Below, in pieces: positions 46,622-59,600 of a DNA stretch of 64,000 nt. Below the pieces are notes generated by a model, which did not search any database, was not told the origin of the DNA, and worked only from the letters and a program-made list of their open reading frames with translations. Position numbers and translations under genes: made by a program. The DNA is from Hyalangium minutum. Lineage in GTDB: Bacteria; Myxococcota; Myxococcia; Myxococcales; Myxococcaceae. Position 1 is the stretch's first letter; each line of letters opens with the position of its first letter. The stretch covers positions 62,001 through 126,000 of the forward strand of contig NZ_JMCB01000001.1 of NCBI RefSeq assembly GCF_000737315.1, given 5' to 3'.

Positions 46622-46709
46622 TCGAATTCACCAGCTAGTCAGGAAAGCCGCTTAAGCAGGGCTTACAGACTGGTCGGCCGAAGCATCGACGGCGCTGAGG
46701 GGGTCAACC

Positions 46710-47576
46710 GTGACTACCATCTATATCTTTCCAGGCCAGGGTTCTCAGAGCATCGGCATGGGCAAGGAGCTCTTCCCCCGGTACAGCCATCTGCTGCGCC
46801 AGGCGGACGCGCTGCTGGGGTACTCGGTCGCGGAGCTGTGCCTGTCCGGCCCCCAGGAGCGCCTGAGCGACACGCGCTTCACGCAGCCGGCGCTCTACGT
46901 CATCAACGCCCTGTCCTACCTGGAGACGGTGCGCCAGACGGGCGTGCTGCCAGACTTCGTCGCGGGCCACAGCCTGGGCGAGTACAGCGCCCTGTTCGCC
47001 GCGGGCGCCTTCGACTTCCTCACGGGGCTGGAGCTGGTTCAGCGCCGCGGAGAGCTGATGGCCGCCGCGAAGGGGGGCGGTATGGCGGCGGTGATCGGCC
47101 TGTCCCCGGAGCGGCTCCAGGCGCTCCTCACGCGCCACGGCCTGGCTTCGCTGGATGTCGCCAACTTCAACGCGCCCCAGCAGACAGTCCTGTCCGGGCC
47201 TACCCAGGACATTCAGCTCGCTCGGCCGCTGCTCGAGCGAGAGGGGGCCCGAACGGTGGTGCCCCTCAAGGTGAGCGCTGCCTTCCACTCGCGGTACATG
47301 CGTGACGCGGCGACAGCGTTCTCGCAGTTCCTCGCGAACTACCAGTTCGCGGAGCTGAAGATCCCGGTCATCTCCAACGTCGAGGCCGCTCCGTATCAGG
47401 ATGCACGTGTCGCCGAGACACTGGTGAAGCAGCTCGTCAGCCCCGTCCGCTGGGTCGAGAGCGTCGAGTTCCTCCTCAAGCAGCCGAACCCCCAGCTGCG
47501 CGAGGTGGGACCGGGCCAGGTCCTCACGGGTCTTACCCGGCAGATTGCCCAGCAGCCGCTGCGCGCCGTCTCCTGA
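46710..47576 (+). CDS. Stand-alone (trans) malonyl-CoA:ACP acyltransferase
   Basis: 'FPGQGSQ', 'AGHSLGEY', 'AFHS'; GTG start with GAGGGG RBS; directly upstream of an AT-less PKS. Confidence 0.93.
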   Translation: MTTIYIFPGQGSQSIGMGKELFPRYSHLLRQADALLGYSVAELCLSGPQERLSDTRFTQPALYVINALSYLETVRQTGVLPDFVAGHSLGEYSALFAAGAFDFLTGLELVQRRGELMAAAKGGGMAAVIGLSPERLQALLTRHGLASLDVANFNAPQQTVLSGPTQDIQLARPLLEREGARTVVPLKVSAAFHSRYMRDAATAFSQFLANYQFAELKIPVISNVEAAPYQDARVAETLVKQLVSPVRWVESVEFLLKQPNPQLREVGPGQVLTGLTRQIAQQPLRAVS

Positions 47577-47609
47577 CAGCTCCTGATCCGCGTGTCAGGG
47601 CAGCCGTCC

Positions 47610-47643
47610 AAAAAAGCGCTCCTTGAGCGCTTTTTTCGTTTTT
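47610..47643 (+). terminator. Intrinsic terminator inside the PKS cluster
   Basis: AAAAAAGCGCTC-CTT-GAGCGCTTTTTT followed by CGTTTTT, between the AT gene and PKS1. Confidence 0.75.
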
Positions 47644-47691
47644 CCGGGCCCTTGTCATAAAACGGACGCCGCTCCCGCTCTGGACCTTCCC

Positions 47692-50600
47692 ATGTCCCCC
47701 GCATCGACGCTGAACGAGGTGCGCTTCACTCGAGGTGAATTGGAGCAGTTCTGCCAAGCCAGCCTCGACACGAATCCCCTCCACCTCTCCGACGACTACG
47801 CGCGCAAGAGCCCCTACGGCGCGCGAATCGTTCACGGCATTCTTGGCGCGCTGACCCTCTTGGGGCGGCTGAGAGAGCGGCCCCAGCAGCGACTGGCGCG
47901 GCTGGAACTTCGCTTCCTGAATCCGCTCTTTCTGGATCAGCCCTATAGGCTCTCTATCCAGGAGCCCACGCCAGACAAGACCCTGGCCACCCTCTTTGAC
48001 GGAGGCCGAGAGCTGCTCCAGTTGGTGGCGCACTTCCACACGGGCCCGCTCGCTCGTCCTCCCGCAGCTGACACTCCAGCACGGGCACCGCGCGAACAGC
48101 CTGCAGAGCTCGGACTCGAGGATCTCCGTGCAGGCCAACTCCTTGAAGAGGACTACTCACCACGTTGGTCGGTACTGACCGACCTGATACATCAGTTGGG
48201 TGTCACAGGCAAGGGCGTCGATGTGCAGCAGGCGGCGGTGCTGGCCTGGAGCAGCTATCTGATCGGCATGGAGGTACCGGGCCGGCAGGCCCTCTACTCG
48301 CGGCTGGATGCAGACTTCGACGCGGTGGCGGGTGAGGCGTCGTCTCTCCACTGCCGGACGGAGGTCCAGTCCGTGGAGAAGCAGTTCGGCCTGGTGCGGC
48401 TGCGTGCCAGGGTCGGCGCCGGGACCCCGATCGCCTCGCTGGAGTTGCGCGCCTTCGTCCGGCCAGAGCTACCACCGTCCTCGGTGGAGCTCCTCACCCG
48501 CCTGCAGCCGGAGTCGCGGGTGCTGGCCGGCAAGGTGGCGCTGGTGATCGGCGGCAGCCGGGGGCTGGGCGCCGCGCTCGTCCAAGCGCTGGCGCTCCAG
48601 GGCTGCACCGTCTACCTCAACTACCTCAAGAGCGAGCGAGAGGCGGCAGCCGTCCGGGACGCACTGGGAGCACGGGCGAGCGCGGTGCACCTGCTCCAGG
48701 GAGATGGCAGCGATCTGGAGTGGTGCCAGCGGGCCCAGGCGGAGATCCTTGGACGCCACGGGCGCCTGGACCTTCTGCTCTGCAACGCGTGTCTCCCCTT
48801 GCAGCCGCTGCGTGTGGAGCCGGATCCCACCTCGCGCCTCACCGAGTACGTGCGCAAGAGCCTGGCGCTGGTTCACGCGCCCCTCTCGTGCTTCTTGGAG
48901 GAGCTCGCCCGGCAGAAGGGGCAGGCCGTCGTCCTCTCCTCGTCCGCGGTTCGGGAGCCGCTCGCGGGCTGGCCCCACTACGTGAGCGCCAAGTGCGCCA
49001 TCGAAGGGCTGGCGCGCACCGCAGCCCTCGAGTACCCCCAGGTCTCCGTCATCGTGGCACGCCCGCCCCGCCTGCTGACGGAGCTCACGAATACGCCGCT
49101 CGGCAATGACAGCGCGCTGCGCCCGGAGGCAGTGGCCACCTCCCTGGTGCGCAGCCTGCTCACGGCGCCCTCCACCGGCCAGGTGGTGATGCTCGAGGAC
49201 TTCACGGACACGGCCTCTGTCAGACCGCCCACGGAGGCTCCTCCCCCGGCGCAGGAGCAAGCCGCGCCACAAGAGAAGGCCGCATCACAGGAGAAGGCCG
49301 TGCCACAGGAGCAGAAGACTGCCCCCCGCCGCAAGCTGGCCATCGCCGCCACCTTTACCGCAGAGCCCCTCCAGGAGAGCCTGGAGTTCTGGGGCGAAGA
49401 GCTGAAGCTCGGCCTGGAGGTCGAGTTCGCCCCCTACAACCAGATCTTCCAGGAGCTGCTGGCCCCCTCAAGCCTGCTCAGCGGCAACGCGGAGGGCCTC
49501 AACGTGCTGCTGCTGCGCCCCGAGGACTGGGTGCACTACGAGCACGCGGACGGCAGAGACGATCACGGCCCCGCCCACCCCGCCGAGCGCGACTTCGCCA
49601 CCTTCTCCCAGAAGGTGGAGCGCAGCACGGGGGACCTGATCGCGGCGGTGAAGACCCACAAGGCCCGGAGCAAAGCCCCCTTGTTGGTGTGCCTGTGTCC
49701 ATCCACCCCGGAGCTGCTGCGGCACAAGGGCTACGCCCTCTTCCTGCGCCGGATCGAGGAGCGGCTCGAGCGCGAACTCAAGGCCCAACCCGGGACGTAC
49801 GTCCTCCAGGCGGCTGCGTTCGCGGAGCAGTACCCTGTCTCCCAGTACCACGATGAGGTGCGCGACCAGATGGGGCACATCCCCTACACGCCCGCGTACT
49901 TCAGCGTGCTGGGGACCCTCGTCACCCGCGCGCTCCACAGCATCCTCACCCCTCCCTTCAAGGTCATCGTCCTCGATTGCGACAACACCCTGTGGAAGGG
50001 CGTGTGCGGCGAGGATGGGCCGCAGGGCGTAGACATCTCCCCCAGCTACCGCTACCTGCAGGAGCAGATGGTGCGGCAGCAGGCGCAGGGGATGATCCTC
50101 TGCCTCTGCAGCAAGAACGTGGAGAGCGACGTCATCGAGGTGTTCAAGCAGCGCCCGGAGATGGCGCTCAAGCTGGAGCACATCACCACCCACCGCATCA
50201 ACTGGCTGCCCAAGTCGCAGAATCTGCGCTCGCTGGCGGAGGAGCTCAACGTCGGGTTGGACAGCTTCATCTTCCTGGACGACAACCCGGTGGAGATCGC
50301 CGAGGTGAAGGCGGCCTGCCCGCAGGTGCTGGCGCTGACGGTGCCCAAGGAGGCCGAAGCCCTGCCCACCCTGGTCGACCACATCTGGGCCTTTGATCGG
50401 CTGGTCGTCACCGAGGAGGACAAGAAGCGCACGCAGATGTACCGCCAGAACAAGGAGCGGGACACTTACCAACAGTCCGCTACCAGCTTTGGCGAGTTCC
50501 TCCACGGGCTGGGCCTGGACATCCGCATCACCGAGATGACAGCCGCGCAGCGTCCCCGCGTGTCGCAGCTCACCCAGCGCACCAACCAGTTCAACTTCAC

Positions 50601-53600
50601 CACGGTGCGGCGCTCCGAGGCGGAACTCCAGCAACTGGTGGACGCCGGGACGCACCAGATCTGGACCACGCAGGTGAGTGATCGCTTCGGAGACTACGGC
50701 CTGGTGGGCGTGGTGATCAGCCGGCGCGATGCCGACCGCATCTCGGTGGACTCGTTCATGCTCAGCTGCCGGGTGCTGGGCCGGGGCGTGGAGCATGCCA
50801 TGCTCGCGCGCCTGGGCCAGCTCGCCCTGGACTCGGGCCTGGAGTGGGTGGAGGCCACCTTCACTCCCACCGCCAAGAACCCTCCCGCGCTCCGCTTCCT
50901 GGAGGCGGCTGGGTCGCAGTTCCGGCAGGAGGCCGAGGGCCGCAGCATCTTCCGCTTCCCCGCGCAGTACGCGGCCACGGTCACCTTCTCTCCCGACAAG
51001 GTGGACCAGCAGGACCTGGAGCTCGCCGCCAACGCCGACAAGGGCGGCAAGCCGACAGCTCCCGCCTCCATGGATGCCTCGCGGCTGGAGCGGCTCGAGC
51101 GCATCACCCGAGAGCTGTCCGAGCCCCGGCGCATCCATGAGCGCGTCAGCGCCTACCACGCCGCCCGGCGGGCGGGGCCGCTCCCCGCCCCTGAGGTCCG
51201 GCCCACCGAGCCCGCCATGAGTGCGGCGGCGGCTCCCCCATCGAATGCTCCGAGCGCTCCGAGTGCGCCTGGAGAGCCGGACGAGGCGGCGCTGTTGCGC
51301 GCCACCGTGGACTTCCTGCAGGGCATCTTCGGCCGGTTCCTCAGCGCCGCACGGACAGGGGTGAAGCTCGATACGCACTTCGAGGCGCTCGGGCTCACGT
51401 CCTTCTCGATCATCGACATCACCGTCGCGCTCGAGGACGAGCTGGGCAGCCTGCCCAAAACATTGCTCTTCGAGCACAAGACGCTGGGTAGCCTCGCGCG
51501 CTACCTCTTCACGGAGCGTCGGGCTGACCTGCTGCGGAAGGTAAAACCCACCGCCGCGCCCGCTGCCGTGCCCGTGCCCGTGCCCGCTCTCATGCCCACG
51601 GCCTCCCTGGAGCGGCCTCATTCCCAGGAAACAGCCTCCGGCCCCTCTTCGAAGACAGACATCGCGATCATCGGCATCTCGGGCCGCTACCCTCAGGCAC
51701 GCAACCTCCACGAGTTCTGGGAGAGCCTGCGCGCAGGCCGGAGCAACATCACCGAGGTCCCGGCGGATCGCTGGGAACACTCGCGCTTCTACGATCCGAG
51801 CGGCAAGAAGCGCGACAAGAGCTACACGAAGTGGGGCGGCTTCGTTGAAGGTGTCGGCGAGTTCGACTCGCTCTTCTTCAACATCTCCCCCAAAGAAGCT
51901 GAGCAGATGGACCCCCAGCAGCGGCTCTTCCTGGAGGTCGTCTACGAGGCTGTCGAGGACGCGGGCTACACCCGCCGGACCCTGGGCCGGAATGTCGGCG
52001 TGTACGCCGGGGTGATGGCCAACAACTACCTGCTCTTCAGCGCCGAGGCCGCGCTCGCGGGCCACAGCCCGTACCCCTACGCAGACAACTACCAGGTCGC
52101 CAACCGCATCTCGTACTTCTTCGACTTCAGCGGCCCCAGCCTGTCCATTGACACGGCGTGCTCCGCCTCGGGCGTGGCCCTGCACACCGCCTGTGAGGCC
52201 CTGCGCTCCGGCGCGTGCAGCGTGGCCATCGCGGGTGGCGTCAACCTGATCCTCCACCCGTACCGCTCCGTTCAGTACTCGCAGATGACGATGCTCTCGC
52301 GAGACGAGCGCTGCCGCGCGTTCGGCAGCGACGCGCAGGGCTTCGTCATGGGCGAGGGCGTGGGCGCCGTGCTCCTCAAGCCGTTGGCTCAGGCCCTGAA
52401 GGATGGGGACCATATCTACGGCCTCATCAAGGGCAGCGCCGTCAACCATGGTGGCAGAACGAGCGGCTTCACCGTGCCCAACCCGACGGCCCAGGGCGAG
52501 CTGGTGGCCGAGGCATTGAAGCGCGGAGGCGTGGACGCACGCTCCATCAGCTACGTCGAGGCGCACGGCACAGGCACGCCGCTGGGAGACCCGATCGAGG
52601 TCCGAGGCCTCACCGCCGCCTTCCGGCAGGACACTGCCGACACGGGGTTCTGCGCCATCGGCAGTGTGAAGCCCAACATCGGCCACCTGGAGCCCGCGGC
52701 CGCCATCGCCGGACTCACCAAGGTACTGCTGCAGATGCGCCATGGCACCCTGGTGCCCTCGCTCAACTCCGAGCAGCTCAACCCCTACATCGACTTCGAG
52801 AGCTCGCCCTTCCGTGTCCAGCGCGAGCGGGCGGAGTGGAAGCGCCCGCGCTGGAAGCGCCAGGGCGTCACCGTCGAAGCACCGCGCCGGGCCGGCCTGA
52901 GCTCGTTTGGGGCGGGCGGCGTCAACGCGCACCTCGTGGTGGAGGAGTATGTCCACGAGCCGACTTCCGCGACGCAGGGCCCGCAGCTCATCGTCCTCTC
53001 CGCGAAGAACGCGGAGCGGCTGCGCGAGAGCCTGGAGCGGCTTCAGCGCGCCCTCACCCACCCGCCGCAGGCTCCCGCGCACCTGCGCCCGAGCCTCGGC
53101 GATATCGCCTACACGCTGCAGGTGGGCCGTGAGTCCTTCGAGGAGCGCGTGGCGCTCATCGTACAGGACCTCGAGGAGCTCTCGCGGAAGCTGGAGAAGC
53201 TGGCCGTGGGCGAGAAGGGCGTCGAGGGTGTCTTCACCGGCAACATCAAGAACCGCGGCGCTGTGGACACGCTCGGTGAGGGCGAGGAGGCACTCGCATT
53301 CACCCAGGCCCTGATCCGCAACGGCCGGCTCGACAAGCTGGCGCAGCTCTGGACGCAGGGGGCGGAGCTCCCCTGGGAGCAGCTCCACGCGGGGCAGAAG
53401 CGTCGCCGGGTCCCCCTCCCCACCTACCCCTTCGCGCGCACCCGTCATTGGCTGCCCGAGAGCGGGCTGCTCTCGGGCCCACGTCCGGTGGAGCCCCGTG
53501 AGGCGCGGCTGGCCCCCACCCGGCCTCACCCGATGATCGACCGTGAGCGCTCCTCGCCCGAGGGGCAGCGCTTCGAGACGCGCTGGGATGGGAGCGAGTT

Positions 53601-56600
53601 CTACCTGAGGGATCACGTCGTGGCGGCGCGGAAGACGCTGCCAGGTGTGGCCTACCTGGAGCTGGCGCGGGCCGCGGGTGCGCTCGCCCGTGGCGCGGGC
53701 GTGGCACGGCTGCGGGCCATGGTGTGGTCCCAGCCCATCCTCGTGCCCGGCGCGCCCGTGGAGGCGCAGGTCGCTCTCCATGCAGTGAAGCACGGCACCG
53801 ACGTCACCATCAGCACCGGCACCTCGGATGGCAACCGCGTGGTCCACGCGCGGTGCCGCCTGGGAGACGAGCACCTCGAGGCCCTCTCCGCTCCGCCCCT
53901 GTTGGACCTGGAGTCCCTGCGCCAGCGCTGCACGCACCGCAAGAGCCAGGAACAGGTCTACGCGGACTTCATCGCCCAGGGCTTCACGTACGGGCCCACC
54001 TTCCAGGCCGTCGTGGAGCATCTGAGTTCGGAGAGCGAGGCCCTCTCGCTGCTGGAGCTGCCGGCCACGGCGGGAGAGCCGGACCACTTCGGGCTCCACC
54101 CCTCGCTGCTGGACGGTGCGCTCCAGACGATCATCGCCAAGGTCCGCGGGAACGAGACGTACCTGCCCTTCGCCCTGGACGAGCTGACCCAGTACGGCCC
54201 GCTGCCCCGGCGGTGCCATGCCTACGTGCGCTTCGAGCGCGAGGACGCCGAGCAGCTGCGCTGCAACGTCCGGCTGCTCGACGAAACGGGCCGGACGCTC
54301 GTGGCGCTCGACGGCCTCACCCTGCGGGCCTTGAAGCCGAAGAGTGTCGAGACCGCTCCTTCGGGGGCCCCCCTCTACCGCCCCGTGTGGGAGCGCGTGA
54401 GCGCGCCTGCCTTCGAGCTGCCTTCGCGGGACACCACCTTCCTGCTCTTCGACGAGGGTGAGGAGCGCTTCCAGGCGTGGACACGGTTCCTCGGCGAGCG
54501 CGGCTTGCCCGCCGAGAGCGTGCACCTGGCCACGCCCGGCCCGCGCTACGCGGCGCTGGGTGGGCAGCGCTACCAGCTCCGCCCGGAGGAGCCAGCCGAC
54601 CACCTCGCGCTCCTCCAGGCGCTGCCGGGAGCAGGGCCTCTCGTGGTGCTCCACGCCTGGCGGCCCCGCGAGCAGGAGCCCACCTCGCCCTTGCAAGGCG
54701 CGGGGCTCGGCTCACTGCTGGCCACCAGCCAAGCGCTGCTCACGCTGAAACAGCGGCCGGAGCTCCGGCTGCTGGCCCTCTGCGCCACGGACGAGGACTC
54801 GCCCCTGTCCGCCGCCGTGGGCGGCTTCATCCGCTCCCTGGCGCAGGAGAGCACCCGCCTCCAGCCCCGAGCCATCCAGCTCGCGGACCCGGCCATCGCG
54901 TCCGATGTGGGCCGGCTCCTGGGTGAGCTGCGCGCCGGAGGGGAGCTGGAGGTGCGCCTGGACGCGTCGGGCCGCCTCGTGCGCCGCTTCCAGCGTGCCA
55001 CGTCCCCGGTGACGAGCCGCTCCGTCCTTCGTGAGAAGGGCGTCTACCTCATCACCGGAGGCATGGGAGGCTTGGGGCTGATCTTCGCGCGGCACCTGGT
55101 GGAGCGCTACCGCGCCTCGGTGGTGCTGACCGGCCGCTCCGCCCTGCGCGAGGAGCAGCAGCGCACGCTGGAGTCACTCCAGGCCCAGGGCGCCCAGCTG
55201 CTCTACCTCCGCGCCGACATCACCCAAGCCGCGGACATCGACTGGATGATGCGCGAGGTCCGCGCCCGCTTCGGGCACCTCCACGGGGTCCTCCACTCCG
55301 CCGGTGTCATCGAGGACGCCTACCTGTCTCAGAAGTCCCGAGAGTCGTTCGCGCGGGTGCTTGCGCCCAAGCTGGCGGGGACCTGGCTGCTGGACCTCGC
55401 CACCGCGCGGGAGCCGCTGGACTTCTTCGTGACGTTCTCCTCGGTGGCCTCGGTGTTCGGCAGCGCGGGCCAGACGGACTACGCCACCGCCAACCGCTTC
55501 CTGGATGCGCAGGCCACCTCCCGCGCGGCGCTCGTCCGGGCGGGCCAGCGCAGCGGCGTCACGCTGTCGCTCAACTGGCCCCTCTGGCAGGAGGGCGGAA
55601 TGCGCGTGGGCGCCGACGTGGTGGAGCTCACCGCCCGCACCACGGGACTGAGGCCCCTGGCCACCGCCACGGGCCTCCAGGCCTTCGAGGAGGCCCTCCG
55701 CCTGGGAGAGCCTCAGCTCGCCGTACTCCATGGAGATCGTGCGCGCATCGAGCAGGCGCTGGAGCCCGGTGCGGGTGCCACGCGCGCCCTGGAGCCCACG
55801 CCAGCCGGAAACCTCCCGGTCTTCGTGCCCCCGGCCGGCGCGGCCCACCCGGCCCGGCTCTCGCACGAGGAGCTCCTCCGCAGGCTCCAGGACTTCCTGC
55901 TTCGCAAGTCCTCCGAGCTGCTCAAGGTCAACGTCGCCGACATCGATCCCGACGATGACATGAGCGACTACGGCTTCGACTCGATCTCCCTGACCGAGCT
56001 GGCCAACGCGCTCAACGAGACCTTCGATCTGGCGCTCACGCCGGTGGTCTTCTTCGAGAACCCCGCCATCAGTGGCCTCGCCCGCTTCCTGATGGAGCGG
56101 CACCGCGACGCCTTCGCCGCGCACTACGATGCCGAGGCCCACGCGGCTGCTGGCCTGGCCGCCGCGCCGGCACCTGCCGCCGCGGCCGAGCCTGCTCCTC
56201 TCCTCGCCTCCGCGCCCATGCCCGCACCGCGGCCCTTGCAAGCCGAGCCGAGGCCGAGCGTCCTCACCGCTCCGAGCGCCCGCCTCTCTCAAGAGGCCCG
56301 CCCGGCGACGGCGGAGCCCATCGCCATCATCGGCATGGCGGGAGTCTTCCCGCAGTCACCGGACCTGGAGACGTTCTGGAAGAACCTGCTGGCGGGCAAG
56401 GATCTGATCCGCGAGGTCCCAGAGGAGCGCTGGGATTGGAAGGCCTGGTACGGCGACCCGAAGCGCGAGCCCAACAAGACGACGTGCAAGTGGGGTGGCT
56501 TCATCGATGAGGTGGATGCCTTCGACGCGCTCTTCTTCAACATCTCGCCGCGCGAGGCGCAGTTCATGGATCCGCAGCAGCGGATCTTCCTCGAGACAGC

Positions 56601-59600
56601 GTGGCGTGCCATCGAAGACGCGGGCTACAGCCCGCAGCGCCTGTCCGGCTCGGCCACGGGCGTGTTCACGGGCGTGACGCTGCACGACTACCTCGAGCTC
56701 ATCCAGCAGTCGGGCCTGGACATCGTCGCCCACACCTCCACGGGCAACGTCCACAGCATCGTCCCCAACCGGCTCAGCTACCTGCTGAACCTGCGCGGCC
56801 CGAGCGAGCCCATCGACACCGCGTGCTCCAGCTCCCTGGTGGCACTGCACCGGGCGGTGCGGGCGCTGCAGGCGGGGGACTGCGAGCTGGCCATTGCCGG
56901 CGGCATCAACGTGCTGCTGTCGCCCACCATGTTCGTCTCGTTCAGCAAGGCGGGCATGCTGGCCAGCGACGGCCGCTGCAAGACGTTCGACGCGCGCGCG
57001 GATGGCTACGTCCGCGGCGAGGGAGCGGGCGTGGTGCTGCTCAAGCCTCTGAGCAAGGCCGAGGCGGATGGAGACACCATCCACGCCATCATCCGAGGCA
57101 CGGCCGTCAACCACGGCGGCCATGCCCACTCGCTCACCGCGCCCAACCCCAACGCCCAGGCGGAGCTGCTCGTCACCGCCCATGAGCGCGCGGGGTTCTC
57201 CCCCGACACCGTGGGCTATATCGAGACGCACGGCACGGGCACGGAGCTGGGAGACCCCATCGAAATCGAGGGCCTGAAGAAGGCCTTCAGCCAGCTGGCC
57301 GAGCGGCGAGGCCTGCCGGGCTGGAACGGCGCCACCTGCGGGCTCGGCGCTGTGAAGACCAACGTGGGCCACCTGGAGTGCGCCTCCGGAATGGCGGGGC
57401 TCCTCAAGACGCTGCTGGCCATGCGGCACCGAATGCTGCCGCCGAACCTTCACTTCGAGCAGCTCAACCCCTACATCGACTTGAAGGGCAGCCCCTTCTA
57501 CGTCGTCGACACGCCGCGCGCCTGGGAGCCGCTGAAGGATCGCCACGGCCAGCCCCTGCCGCTGCGAGCGGGCATCAGCTCGTTCGGCTTCGGTGGGGTC
57601 AACGCCCACGTCGTCATCGAGGAGTATGTGCCTCGCCCACGGCCGCCGGCGGAGGCGGCACCTCAGCTCTTCATCCTCTCCGCGCGAGAGGGCGAGCGCC
57701 TCAAGGAGTACGCGCGCCGGCTGCGGGACTCCGTCGCCGCCCGCCTCGATCGCAAGGACGAGCAGGTCTCCCTGGCGGACATGGCCTACACGCTGCAGGT
57801 GGGCCGCGATGTCATGGACACGCGGCTGGCCATCATCGCGCAGAGCGAGCAGGAGCTCGTCGCCCGGCTGGACGCCTTCCTCGCGGACAAGGCGGCTCCA
57901 GACGCCGTCTTCACGGGCCAGCGTCCCGCGCGCAAGCAGGCCTCCGCGCTCGTCTTCGGCGATGACGAGGATGACAAGGCCTACCTGCGCTCGCTGCTGG
58001 GCAAGGGCAAGCTGGCGAAGCTGGCCTCGCTCTGGGTGCAGGGCCAGGAGCTCGACTGGACTTTCCTCCACGAAGGGCGCCTGCGGCGTCGCGTCGAGTT
58101 GCCCACCTACCCGTTCGCTCGCGAGAAGCACTGGCTCCCGCGGGTGCGGCCAGTCGAAGGCACTCCCACGCTCACCCGGGCCGCCCCCGTGGCCCAAGCT
58201 CCAGCGCCCCAGGCTCCTGCGCCTCAAGCTCCCGCGCCGGCGGAGGTGCCCACGCCCCCGCCCGGGGAGAAGCTCCTGCTCGTCAAGCGCTGGCGGCCCG
58301 CTCCTGCCCCCGTGACAGCGCCCACGCTGCGCGGCATGTACTTGGTGCTCCTCAATGGCGAGGGTGCCATCGATGTCCTCAAGGATCTCGGCTCGCAGCC
58401 GGAGTGCCAGTGGATCGCAATCAAGGGCGCCAGTGGGCTCCCCCGGCTCACCGCGCGGGAGTACGAGCTCGACTTCTCGGATGGCGAGCAGGGCACCCGG
58501 CTCATCACGGAGTTGCTCTCCCGCCACCCGCAAGTGAATGGGCTGGTCGATCTGTCGGACGTGTACGCCGCCCCACGCGTCAGCCCGGATCGGGACGCGG
58601 GCAAGGTGGCCGTGCTCCAGGGGCTGCTGCGGCACACCGGCCAGGCGCCGCTGCGCATCCTGCACTTCACCCACGGGCTCGTCCCCTTCGAGAACACCGT
58701 CCCGACGCTCGCGGGGGCCACGGTGGCTGGCATCGTCCGGATGCTGGGCGCCGAGTACGGGCGCGTCCGAGCCGTCACGGTCGATGTGGATCTGAGCTGT
58801 GACCGCTCCGAGGAGTTGCTAGCCCTGGTGGCTGCCGAGGCCTCGGCTGACACGGGCATGGGCGAGGTCTGCTACCGCAAGGGCACCCGGTACCTCCCGT
58901 ACCTCGAGGAGGTGGCAGTGAGCGCTCCCGGAGAGGCCACGCGGCTAGGGCCCTTCCCGGTGGACCCGGCGCGGACCTACGTCATCACCGGAGGCACAGG
59001 GGGGCTCGGCTTCGAGGCGGCCCGGACGCTGGTGGCCAAGGGCGCCCGGCGCCTGGCGCTCCTGGGCGCCCGGACGCTGCCACCGCGGGACTCCTGGTCG
59101 AGCCTGCTCGCCTCCAGCAGCACGGAGCAGGACGTGGCGACCCGCGTCCGCCGGGTGCTGGAACTGGAGCAGGCGGGCGCGCAAGTGGCCCTCTACCATG
59201 GCCCGCTCAGCGATGAGCCGAGGCTCGCCGCCTTCTTCAGCGACACCCGGAAGCGGCTGGGCGCCATCGCTGGCGTCATCCACTGCGCAGGCATCGTCTC
59301 GCAGCGCCCGCCCTCCTTCTCGCAGAAGGGCCTCGAGGACATGCGGCGCGTCTGGGAGCCCAAGGTCCGAGGACTGATCGTCCTGAGCGGGGTGCTCAAG
59401 GCCGACACGCCGGACTTCTTCCTCCTCTACTCGTCCGTCTCCGCGGTGGTGCCCTCGCTGGCGGTGGGGATGGCCGATTACGCCAGCGCGAATGGCTTCC
59501 TGGACGCCTTCGCGGCGTACCAGGCGGGCAAGAGCCGCACGCGCTTCCTGGCGCTGAACTGGCCCAGCTGGAAGGACACGGGAATGGGGGAGATCAGCAG

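Noticed and set aside
46612-46685. Word-level resemblance to a GEMM-I (c-di-GMP/cGAMP) riboswitch (GGTAAA...GGAAAGCC...AGAC...CCGAA)
   Set aside because: No P1 helix or GNRA loop can be formed, and the 5' word coincides with the predicted -10 box. An Rfam scan would settle it.
46710-47576. Calling the AT the housekeeping fabD
   Set aside because: No fab genes nearby; it heads an AT-less PKS cluster
49250-58245. Short repeats inside PKS1 (QEKAA-type at about 49250-49325; QAPAP x3 at about 58190-58245)
   Set aside because: Ordinary low-complexity interdomain linkers, not CRISPR or mobile repeats
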